Shown here: piece after piece, positions 16,093 to 23,509 of the stretch | How positions within the stretch are numbered: the first letter of the stretch is position 1 | How the letters are laid out: the number at the start of each line of letters is the position of its first letter | Position numbers and translations under genes: made by a program | Notes under the pieces: model-generated | What the model was told of the DNA's origin: nothing | Databases searched by the model: none | Seen by the model: the letters and a program-made list of their open reading frames with translations, nothing else | NCBI GenBank assembly: GCA_964359945.1 | Contig: CAYHUM010000001.1 | Span: forward strand, 1 to 57,795 | Length of the DNA: 57,795 nt | Direction of reading: 5' to 3' | From: Candidatus Woesearchaeota archaeon | GTDB taxonomy: Archaea; Nanobdellota; Nanobdellia; SCGC-AAA011-G17; CAYHUM01

Positions 16093-16752
16093 ATGAATTT
16101 AAAAGAATTAAGAAAAATAAATCTAGATGAAACAAGTAAAAAAATTAAAGAAAGTTTTAGTAAAGATTTGTTAATTATAAGAGCTATTCATAATCTTGAT
16201 GAGCTAATCAAGGTAATAAATAAGTTAATGGGATCTTTACGTGAATGGTATTCTTATTATTATCCTGAATTAATTAGAAATATTCAGACTAATGAGGAGA
16301 TTTTAGATTTAATTTTAAGCAATAAAAAAAGAAATGATAGTATAGGTTATGATTTTAATAATGAAGATTTAGATTTAATAAATAATTTTGCTAAATCCAT
16401 AAAGAATTTGTATAGTATTAAGCAAGAACAAGAAAATTACATAGATAGAATAATAAAAGAAATTTGTCCTAAATTAAGTAAAATAACTGAAACTTTGGTT
16501 ATTGCAAGATTAATAGAGAAAGCAGGTAGTTTAAAGAATTTAGCTCAATTACCAAGTAGCACAATTCAAGTTTTGGGGGCTGAAACTTCTTTCTTTAAAG
16601 GTCTGAAAACTAAGAAATCACCTAAATTTGGGGTGGTTTTTTCAAGTTCACTCGTTGTAAATGCGAGAAAAGAAGATAAGAGTAAAATAGCTAGAAAATT
16701 ATCAAATAAAATAGCTTTGGCAGCAAGACAGGATTATTATGGTAAACATTGA
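16093..16752 (+). CDS. nop5: box C/D RNP protein Nop5 (Nop56/58), short form lacking the N-terminal domain
   Basis: LLIIRAIHNLDELIKVINKLMGSLREWYSYYYPEL ... AQLPSSTIQVLGAETSFFKGL ... KIARKLSNKIALAARQDYY is the coiled-coil plus Nop domain. The protein is only 219 aa. Confidence 0.8.
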   Translation: MNLKELRKINLDETSKKIKESFSKDLLIIRAIHNLDELIKVINKLMGSLREWYSYYYPELIRNIQTNEEILDLILSNKKRNDSIGYDFNNEDLDLINNFAKSIKNLYSIKQEQENYIDRIIKEICPKLSKITETLVIARLIEKAGSLKNLAQLPSSTIQVLGAETSFFKGLKTKKSPKFGVVFSSSLVVNARKEDKSKIARKLSNKIALAARQDYYGKH

Positions 16753-17416
16753 AAAGACTAAATTTGAAGGTATTTATTTTTATTGGAAAGATAAAAAGAA
16801 AATTTTACTAACTAAAAATTTAACTCCAAGTAAAAAATACTTCAATGAAGATTTAATTTCTGAAAATAATATAGAGTATAGAGAGTTTGATGTTAGAAGA
16901 AGTAAATTGGCTAGTGCGGTATTAAAAGGAATAAATTTTCTTCCGTTTAAACAAGATAGTATAGTTTTGTATTTAGGAGCTTCTTATGGGTATACCTCAA
17001 GTTATGTTTCCGATATATGTAATAATGGTTTTATTTTTGCTTTGGATTTTGCCCCCAGAGTTTTAATGGACTTGTATTTTTTATGTAAAGAAAGAGAAAA
17101 TATGACTTGTTTATTATATGATGCTAATCAACCTGAATTATATAAAGATAAAATTATAGAAGTAGATATAATTTATCAAGATATTGCACAGAAAAATCAA
17201 GTTGAAATTTTCTTGAAAAATATAGCAAGATTTTTAAAGAAAAAAGGTTATTGTATAATTGCAATAAAAGCAAGAAGTATAGATACACTAAAAAAACCTG
17301 ATAATATATATAAAGAGGTGGAGAAAGAATTGGAAAAAAATTTAAGGATCATAGATAAGATTAAATTAGATCCATTTCAAAAAGATCATTGTTTTTTTGT
17401 TTGCCAGAAAAAATGA
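16739..17416 (+). CDS. flpA: fibrillarin-like rRNA/tRNA 2'-O-methyltransferase
   Basis: YREFDVRRSKLASAVLKG...VLYLGASYGYTSSYVSDI...FALDFAPRV...DANQP...DIAQ are the fibrillarin SAM-binding motifs. It overlaps nop5 by 14 nt. Confidence 0.9.
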   Translation: MVNIEKTKFEGIYFYWKDKKKILLTKNLTPSKKYFNEDLISENNIEYREFDVRRSKLASAVLKGINFLPFKQDSIVLYLGASYGYTSSYVSDICNNGFIFALDFAPRVLMDLYFLCKERENMTCLLYDANQPELYKDKIIEVDIIYQDIAQKNQVEIFLKNIARFLKKKGYCIIAIKARSIDTLKKPDNIYKEVEKELEKNLRIIDKIKLDPFQKDHCFFVCQKK

Positions 17417-18258
17417 GAACTATAGAAGATGCTATTGGATTAGCTGCTACTAAAATTGCTAATGATATAGATGCTAATTGTATTGTTTCTGTTACAGGCA
17501 TGAATAATAAAAAAGAAGGTATAGAAGAAGATCATTTACATTTAGACGTACAAGTTGCTATTTTCAAGCAGGTTAAAAAAGGGGTTTATAGTAAAATTGA
17601 TTATCAAACTAGTATTAGCAAAGTTTCTTATGGTTCTATTGTTCCTATTAAAGAAATATTAATGGAGGGTATAAGTAAAAATTATATTAAGAAAGGTGAT
17701 AAAGTAGTGTGTGCCGCAGACGCAAGTATAGGTTCAGGTTATAAAGGATTATTATTTGTATTTGATGTAGATAGGGTATTCTTTAATATAAGTACTCATA
17801 ATTTAGCTGAAAAAACTAGTCCTGATGTTATAGAAACTTTAGTTAATATAGCTTTAGAAATATCAAAAGAAGGTAGAGAAGGAAGAAGAGTAGGAACTGC
17901 ATTTGTAATTGGGGATAAACAAGAAATTTTAAAATATATTAAACAATTAATTATTAATCCATTTGCGGGATATCCTGAAAGTGTAAGAAAAATAACTAAT
18001 CCTGCTTTAAAAGAAACCATAAAAGAATTTTCTCAATTAGATGGAGTATTTGTTGTAGATAATTCAGGAATGGTCGTTACAAGTGGGGCTTATATTGATA
18101 TACCTACTTTAGATTTAGAAATGCCACAAGGTTTAGGAACAAGACATAGGAGTTGTGCTGCTATTACTAAAGAAACAGGGTCTATTGCAATTGTAGTTAG
18201 TCAAAGTGGTTCAGTAAGGGTTTTAAAGTCTGGTAAAATAGTTTTAAAGTTGCAATAA
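17413..18258 (+). CDS. dacZ: diadenylate cyclase, DacZ-type (PK_C-like N-domain plus DAC domain)
   Basis: From the ATG at 17413, which forms an ATGA overlap with the flpA stop (the track start at 17389 is TTG). DAC motifs are present: GTAFVIGD...LDGVFVVDNSGMVVTSGAYI...GLGTRHRSCAAITKETGSIAIVVSQSGSVRV. The N-terminal half resembles the pyruvate kinase C-terminal domain. Confidence 0.8.
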   Translation: MRTIEDAIGLAATKIANDIDANCIVSVTGMNNKKEGIEEDHLHLDVQVAIFKQVKKGVYSKIDYQTSISKVSYGSIVPIKEILMEGISKNYIKKGDKVVCAADASIGSGYKGLLFVFDVDRVFFNISTHNLAEKTSPDVIETLVNIALEISKEGREGRRVGTAFVIGDKQEILKYIKQLIINPFAGYPESVRKITNPALKETIKEFSQLDGVFVVDNSGMVVTSGAYIDIPTLDLEMPQGLGTRHRSCAAITKETGSIAIVVSQSGSVRVLKSGKIVLKLQ

Positions 18259-18265
18259 TTTTTCT

Positions 18266-18341
18266 GGGCCTGTAACTCAACCTGGATTAGAGTACCAACC
18301 TCCTAAGTTGGAAGTTCTGAGTTCAAATCTCAGCAGGCCCG
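18266..18341 (+). tRNA. tRNA-Arg (anticodon CCU)
   Basis: GGGCCTG TA ACTC AACCTGGATTA GAGT A CCAAC CTCCTAA GTTGG AAGTT CTGAG TTCAAAT CTCAG CAGGCCC G forms a perfect cloverleaf. It abuts the stop codon of the convergent GT4 gene. Confidence 0.85.
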
Positions 18342-19466
18342 CTAAAATTTCTCAAAGACTTTAATTAATTCAGAAGAAGTTTTTTTCCATGAAAACATTT
18401 TAGTTACTGTTTTACGAGCATTTTTTCCTATTTTTAATCTTAATTTTTTATCTTCTATTAATTTAACTAAATTTTCCTTTAAAGATTTTTCACTATTTAG
18501 CTTAATAAAAAATCCATTGTAACCATGATGAATATACTCTTTAATTGCACCTATAGGAGTTGCTATCACAGGAATTTCAGTTGACATTGCTTCTATAGTA
18601 GAAATTGAACTTGTTTCTGTTAATGAAGGTAAAACATAAATATCCATTGCTTGTAAGTATGGAGCAACATCTTTTACAAATGAGGTAATTCTTATGTCTT
18701 TTCCTATTAAATCTCTTTTTGCTTTTTCTGAACCATCGTCTCCAACTAAAAGAAGATATAATTTATATTTATCTTGTAGTTCCTTAAATGTTTTTACAAG
18801 TAAAGATAAATTTTTTTCATGGCTTATACGTCCAGAATAACCTATAACAATGTAATCAGAGTTAATTCCTATTTTTTTCTTCGCTAAATTTTTATTTTTC
18901 GTTGGAATAAATTTTTTTGAATCAAGACCAACCCTTATTACAGTTTTTTTAGTTTTGATTCCAGCTTTTTCTAAAGTTATAGAAGTATTTACTGAAGGGA
19001 CTATTAATAAATTACATTTGTTATAAAGATTTTTTGAAATAATTTTCATTAAAGAAGTTGCATGTATTTTTAGAATTTTAGGAAAATTAATTGCTTTAAT
19101 GAATAATTCCCATTCTATTGAGTGTGTGAATGCTATTGATGGTTTATTTAATTTACTAGCATAGATTATTGATAATGCTCCTATAGGACCTATAGTTTGA
19201 GTAAAAATAATATCATGACTTAAAACATGATTTTTGATTAATTCACGATTTAATTTGGCTGGTCTATAATTTGCTATATTTATTTTTGTGATAGGAATTT
19301 TTATTATTTCTACATCTTTATAATTAATATGATTTCCAGGATATTCAGGAGCAATAATAGTTATTTTATATTTTTTAGCTAATAATGGAATTAGATTATG
19401 AAGAAAAATTGCTATACCATCTATTCTAGGTAAAAAGGAGTCCGTACATATTAATAATTTTTTCAT
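18342..19466 (-). CDS. glycosyltransferase family 4 (GT-B)
   Basis: C-terminal PSLTETSSISTIEAMSTEIPVIATPIGAIKEYIHHGYNGF is an E-x7-E-like GT4 signature. Confidence 0.8.
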   Translation of the reverse strand: MKKLLICTDSFLPRIDGIAIFLHNLIPLLAKKYKITIIAPEYPGNHINYKDVEIIKIPITKINIANYRPAKLNRELIKNHVLSHDIIFTQTIGPIGALSIIYASKLNKPSIAFTHSIEWELFIKAINFPKILKIHATSLMKIISKNLYNKCNLLIVPSVNTSITLEKAGIKTKKTVIRVGLDSKKFIPTKNKNLAKKKIGINSDYIVIGYSGRISHEKNLSLLVKTFKELQDKYKLYLLLVGDDGSEKAKRDLIGKDIRITSFVKDVAPYLQAMDIYVLPSLTETSSISTIEAMSTEIPVIATPIGAIKEYIHHGYNGFFIKLNSEKSLKENLVKLIEDKKLRLKIGKNARKTVTKMFSWKKTSSELIKVFEKF

Positions 19467-20112
19467 CTATCTCACTTGGTAAAATCGTTCTGCATACTTG
19501 CAATTATTATTTAATCCATTAATTAATGCTCTAAGATAAATCCACGGCATTAATTGGAATATTACAAATTTTTGACTTTTAATTACTTTTAGTGCTTTTA
19601 ATTTAGTTTTAAAACTATCTGTTATGTCTGTATATAAAATAGGATAATTAGTTTTATTCATAGTTAATGGATTCCAAACATCAAAGGTAAAAACTTTAAT
19701 ATCATTTTTAAAACTATCAAGTGTTTTATTTACTATTGAGTTTACTGCTCTATGGTCAGGATGTATATCAGCAGAAGAATGAGTAAAGATTCTTTCTGGA
19801 TTATATTTTTTAATTATATCTTTTAATTTTTTCATTAATAAGTTGTCATCAACGAATTTTGAAATCTTTACATCAGGTAATCCTAAAAAAATAGTTTCAG
19901 TTGTTCTTATTATTTTACTAGATATTTTTGTTTCTTTAATTCTTGTTTTTGTAAGTACTTCTTCTTTTAAGATTGGGTCACTTTTTTCACCGTATGAAAA
20001 AATAACTACATTAACCTTGTCCCCTCGTTTAATATATTCTATTAAGGTTCCTCCACATCCTATTACCTCATCGTCAGGGATGAGCGCAAATAACTAAAGA
20101 AGTTTTGCGCAT
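19467..20112 (-). pseudogene. PIG-L/LmbE family deacetylase interrupted by a 1-nt frameshift (CCC-TGA-C) in the AHPDDE motif
   Basis: Frame A from the ATG (20112..20110) reads MRKTSLVICAHP then TGA (20076..20074). Shifted by +1, the sequence reads DDEVIGCGGTLIEYIKRGDKVNVVIFSYGEK...MKKLKDIIKKYNPERIFTHSSADIHPDHRAV, in frame with track ORF 19467..19835. Removing one C restores AHPDDE. Sequencing error and programmed +1 frameshift remain possible alternatives. Confidence 0.6.
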
Positions 20113-21002
20113 TATACCACCCCCCTTGTAAGCGTTTTTATCTCTATAAGTCGTTCAGACAAATTTGATTTTGGTTGTAAATAACCTTTTAATTTCCACA
20201 ACATTATTCTACTTAAAATCCTTAAATTAGAGAAACCTATATGGTACATCCATTTTTTAAGATTATTTGGTCCATCAAGATTTATTGTATTAACAATCCA
20301 ATTATAACCTCTCCTGTCCTTTACTCCTCTGTTATATTTAGTATTTAAGGTAAATCCAAATTTTCTTAATGAAAATTCAAGATCTCTAACTAGATTTTCT
20401 GAAGCAAATTGAGCAGATATTCTAGGATAAAAATTTTTATTAGTATGTTTTTTTGTAAAAATTATCGTAAAATCAGTATCGGATATGCCTTTGATACAGT
20501 ACTTAAGTAATTCATCATTGACTTTAATCTCTTCTGGTATTCTAACTGTTTTAGACTTATTTTCTTTTATACCAAATTTGAATAAAAACTCACAAAATGA
20601 TTTACCTGTAAATTGTAAAATATAAGCTCCGTTCTTACCCATAAAAGGTTTAATTTCCTTACCAATACATTTTTTAATTAATTCCGGTAAGTAATTCTCC
20701 ATATAATCTTTATCTTCAATTGGATTTCCACTTATAAATATTCTATATTGATTTGAATTCCAATATTTATTAATACAACCATCACCAATAATTACACCAA
20801 TTAACTCTGCCATATCAGGGTTTAAGCTATATTCTTTCTTATATCCCCATCTACAGTACCATGAACAAAATTTTCCCCGATTATTAAGATTCCTATTTTT
20901 TTGAACTAGGAATGTCTTACTACAAGTTTTACATTCTTTTTTTACAGAACCTATTCCTTTATTCCACGGTTTATGTCCAACTTTAAATCTTGTTTTCTTC
21001 AT
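20112..21002 (-). CDS. free-standing LAGLIDADG-family homing endonuclease-like protein with N-terminal zinc-ribbon region
   Basis: It has two LAGLIDADG-like motifs, ELIGVIIGDGCI and YCIKGISDTDFT. The N-terminus carries GHKPWNKG and CKTC...CSWYC. Confidence 0.7.
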   Translation of the reverse strand: MKKTRFKVGHKPWNKGIGSVKKECKTCSKTFLVQKNRNLNNRGKFCSWYCRWGYKKEYSLNPDMAELIGVIIGDGCINKYWNSNQYRIFISGNPIEDKDYMENYLPELIKKCIGKEIKPFMGKNGAYILQFTGKSFCEFLFKFGIKENKSKTVRIPEEIKVNDELLKYCIKGISDTDFTIIFTKKHTNKNFYPRISAQFASENLVRDLEFSLRKFGFTLNTKYNRGVKDRRGYNWIVNTINLDGPNNLKKWMYHIGFSNLRILSRIMLWKLKGYLQPKSNLSERLIEIKTLTRGVV

Positions 21003-21016
21003 TTTTTCATTTTAAA

Positions 21017-21102
21017 TGCGCCGACCGGGATTCGAACCCGGATCATCGGCTTACTCCTTGTTTAATGGAAGGCCGAGATTCTAGCCATTGAACTATCGGC
21101 GC
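21017..21102 (-). tRNA. tRNA-Gly (anticodon UCC) with a 14-nt intron at the canonical 37/38 position
   Basis: Reverse complement: GCGCCGA TA GTTC AATGGCTA GAAT C TCGGC CUUCCA [UUAAACAAGGAGUA] A GCCGA TGAT CCGGG TTCGAAT CCCGG TCGGCGC A. C32-U-U-C35 can pair with the intron GGAG, flanked by two 3-nt bulges (BHB-like). Confidence 0.8.
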
Positions 21103-21235
21103 TTAAAAATAAGGAATTTGGAATGTTTATAAAATTTGTGAATAATTATAATATACATTAATATATATTTTATACTATAGAAATGTATTTATATTGAATT
21201 TAACTCAATTTTATTACTAAAAAAGGTGCTAAAAA

Positions 21236-22117
21236 TTGGTAAACAAAGATAACGCCATAGTATTTCTTGCATTATTAATAGTTGCGGCTATAGCCTTTAT
21301 AGGTATAATTTATCAAAATAATTTAAGTGGATTAGCTGTTAAATCTTACACTCCTCAAGAAGGAGAGGGACAATTAGCAGTTTTAACTACAGCTGCATGT
21401 TCTGAAACTGATAATGGTTTTGATGTTTTTGTAAAAGGAACATGTAAAAAAGGTAGTAGACAATATACTGATTATTGTTCAGGAGGAGGAATAGTAGAAT
21501 CAGTGTGCGATGGTAATAAATGTATACTTAATGCCACAGCATGTCCTAGTGGTTATACTTGTAATAATGGTGCTTGTATTACTGTAAAATGTTTAACTAA
21601 TAATGATTGTAATGATAACAATGATTGCACTAAAGATATTTGTAATCTACCAGGTACAGATAGTTCATATTGTTCAAATACTATAATAACTCCATGTAGT
21701 GGAAATGGCATTTGTGACCCTGGAGAAACTTGTACTAATCAAGATTGTGAAGGACGCCAAAATGGATGTACTTTTGGATATGTTTGTAGAAGTGGAGGTT
21801 GTATATTTGTAGGAAATACTTCAATTTTCTCAACTACAACTAATGAATATAATGCTCCTCTATCTGGATTATCAGAAACTACTTCTGTTTCATGTAAAGA
21901 TAGTGATGGAGGCATAAAATACTATAATTATGGATCTGTTAATATTGTAGATAATTCAAATGGAGCGATAATTTCAACGTATTATGATTATTGTGGTATA
22001 TTTACTAAAGGGAATAATTTAAAAGAATATTATTGTAGTAATAATCAAGCATACTCAGCATTTTATAAATGTCCTTTTGGTTGTAGTGGTGGTAAATGTC
22101 TTTTAGAAAGTGGTTAA
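21236..22117 (+). CDS. secreted/anchored cysteine-rich modular protein (293 aa)
   Basis: TTG start preceded by AAAGGTG. It has an N-terminal hydrophobic anchor or signal (IVFLALLIVAAIAFIGII). There are about 40 Cys, arranged in modules shared with the ORFs at 23496..25655 and 31932..32384. Confidence 0.6.
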   Translation: MVNKDNAIVFLALLIVAAIAFIGIIYQNNLSGLAVKSYTPQEGEGQLAVLTTAACSETDNGFDVFVKGTCKKGSRQYTDYCSGGGIVESVCDGNKCILNATACPSGYTCNNGACITVKCLTNNDCNDNNDCTKDICNLPGTDSSYCSNTIITPCSGNGICDPGETCTNQDCEGRQNGCTFGYVCRSGGCIFVGNTSIFSTTTNEYNAPLSGLSETTSVSCKDSDGGIKYYNYGSVNIVDNSNGAIISTYYDYCGIFTKGNNLKEYYCSNNQAYSAFYKCPFGCSGGKCLLESG

Positions 22118-22163
22118 TATAATAAAGATTAAATTCTATTGTTAAGTTTTAACTATAAAACAC

Positions 22164-22181
22164 AAAACTTTTAAATTTATA
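22164..22181 (+). promoter_or_regulatory. BRE/TATA-like element (AAAACTTTTAAATTTATA)
   Basis: It ends 16 nt before the ATG at 22197. The same AAAACTTTT-TAAAT core recurs upstream of 28786 and 29427. Confidence 0.35.
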
Positions 22182-22196
22182 TTAATTAATGATATT

Positions 22197-22940
22197 ATGA
22201 AAAGTAAAAATATATTTGTATTTATTTTAGTAATTATTATATTTTTAGGAGGAATTTATTTAGGTAGAACTTTGTTTAGTGATAAAACTATAGAAGAGAA
22301 AATAGTATATAAAGAAAGTAGTGTAAAAGATTTAAGAAGAAATGAAATAGGAATACCAGCTGTAAATGAAAATAATAATGGTGTAATTGCAACTTTAGTA
22401 ACAGAAGTCAAGCCTGGTAATGGTTTGGTTTTAGTTAATATTAATGATATATTAGCTGATTTTTACACTCAGTTTAGTGCAAGAACTGCTGCTAGTGTTG
22501 CCAGTAATTATACAGGAGTTAATTTAAGTAATATTGATGTTGTTTATCAAATTAAGGCTAATGCTTCTATTGTGGGGGGTCCAAGTGCTGGAGCTGCTAT
22601 GACTATTGCTACTATAGCTTTACTTAGTAATAATCAATTAAAAGAAGATGTTATGATTACTGGAGCTATAAATGAAAATGGAAATATAGAGAGAGTTGGG
22701 GCTGTTCCACAAAAAGCAGAAGCAGCTAAAGCTATAGGTATTAAATTGTTTTTAATTCCAGTAGGAGATAATTTTTTAGCTACTGAATATGAAAGAGAAA
22801 AATCATGTAATACTTATAATGGCAAGGAATTTTGCCAAGTAGTTTATAAGGCTAAAGAAATTAGGGCTTTTAGTGATAGTGATTTAGAGATAAAAGAAGT
22901 TAAAAATATAGATGAGGCTGTAAAACTATTCTTAAAATGA
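22197..22940 (+). CDS. membrane-anchored Lon-like serine protease domain protein (peptidase S16, no ATPase)
   Basis: N-terminal TM helix. The Lon proteolytic core is present: IVGGPSAGAAMTIATIALL (Ser) and ITGAINENGNIERVGAVPQKAEAAKAIGIKLFLIP (Lys). Confidence 0.75.
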   Translation: MKSKNIFVFILVIIIFLGGIYLGRTLFSDKTIEEKIVYKESSVKDLRRNEIGIPAVNENNNGVIATLVTEVKPGNGLVLVNINDILADFYTQFSARTAASVASNYTGVNLSNIDVVYQIKANASIVGGPSAGAAMTIATIALLSNNQLKEDVMITGAINENGNIERVGAVPQKAEAAKAIGIKLFLIPVGDNFLATEYEREKSCNTYNGKEFCQVVYKAKEIRAFSDSDLEIKEVKNIDEAVKLFLK

Positions 22941-23509
22941 AAAAATCAAAGAAAAAAGTAAATAAATTATTAGTATTATTAACATTAATTTTCATAGGAA
23001 TTATTTTCTTTAATTTTTATACAATTAATTACTATAAAAAAGCTATTAATACTTTTGATCAAGTAAAAGAAGATAGATTAAAAGAAATTAGGACCATAGA
23101 TGAAGAAGAGATTAAAGATGCTTTAAATTTAGATAATTATTTAGAAGCTACCATAAATTTAACTCAGAATAATTTAGTTTTTATAAGTAATTGCAGTGCA
23201 TTAGTTATGACTATAGTAGATGCACAAGCTATTTCTATTTATCAAGGTATGAACAAAAAAATAGATGTAAGGCCTTCTACACATGACTTAATAGTTGATG
23301 TTTTTGATGATTTTAATATTACTACATTAATGATTAAAATTGAGCCTTTAGGGAGTGAGTTATATGCAGCAAGATTATTCTTAAAACAAGGAAATAAAAT
23401 ATTAAGTTTAGATACAAGACCAAGTGATAGTGCAGGTATAGCTGTAAGATTAAATACACCTGTTTATATAAATAAAGAATTGTTACCTAGAACTGTTAAG
23501 ATTTGTTAA
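22937..23509 (+). CDS. membrane-anchored bifunctional nuclease (BFN/DUF151) domain protein
   Basis: ATGA overlap with the S16 gene. It has a K-rich N-terminus followed by a TM helix. The BFN core is ALVMTIVDAQAISIYQGMNKKIDVRPSTHDLIVDVF...LYAARLFL...LDTRPSDSAGIAVRLNTPVYI. Confidence 0.7.
   Translation: MKKSKKKVNKLLVLLTLIFIGIIFFNFYTINYYKKAINTFDQVKEDRLKEIRTIDEEEIKDALNLDNYLEATINLTQNNLVFISNCSALVMTIVDAQAISIYQGMNKKIDVRPSTHDLIVDVFDDFNITTLMIKIEPLGSELYAARLFLKQGNKILSLDTRPSDSAGIAVRLNTPVYINKELLPRTVKIC

Noticed and set aside
19843-20097. Plus-strand 84-aa ORF 19843..20097
   Set aside because: It is the antisense shadow of the frameshifted N-terminal part of the PIG-L deacetylase. The minus strand there encodes DDEVIGCGGTLIEY..., a recognisable family motif.
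20112-21235. An integrated mobile element or provirus at tRNA-Gly
   Set aside because: I saw no integrase, no phage or plasmid genes and no obvious direct repeat of the tRNA 3' end by eye. Only the LAGLIDADG gene hints at mobility, so I kept it as a boundary observation rather than calling an element.
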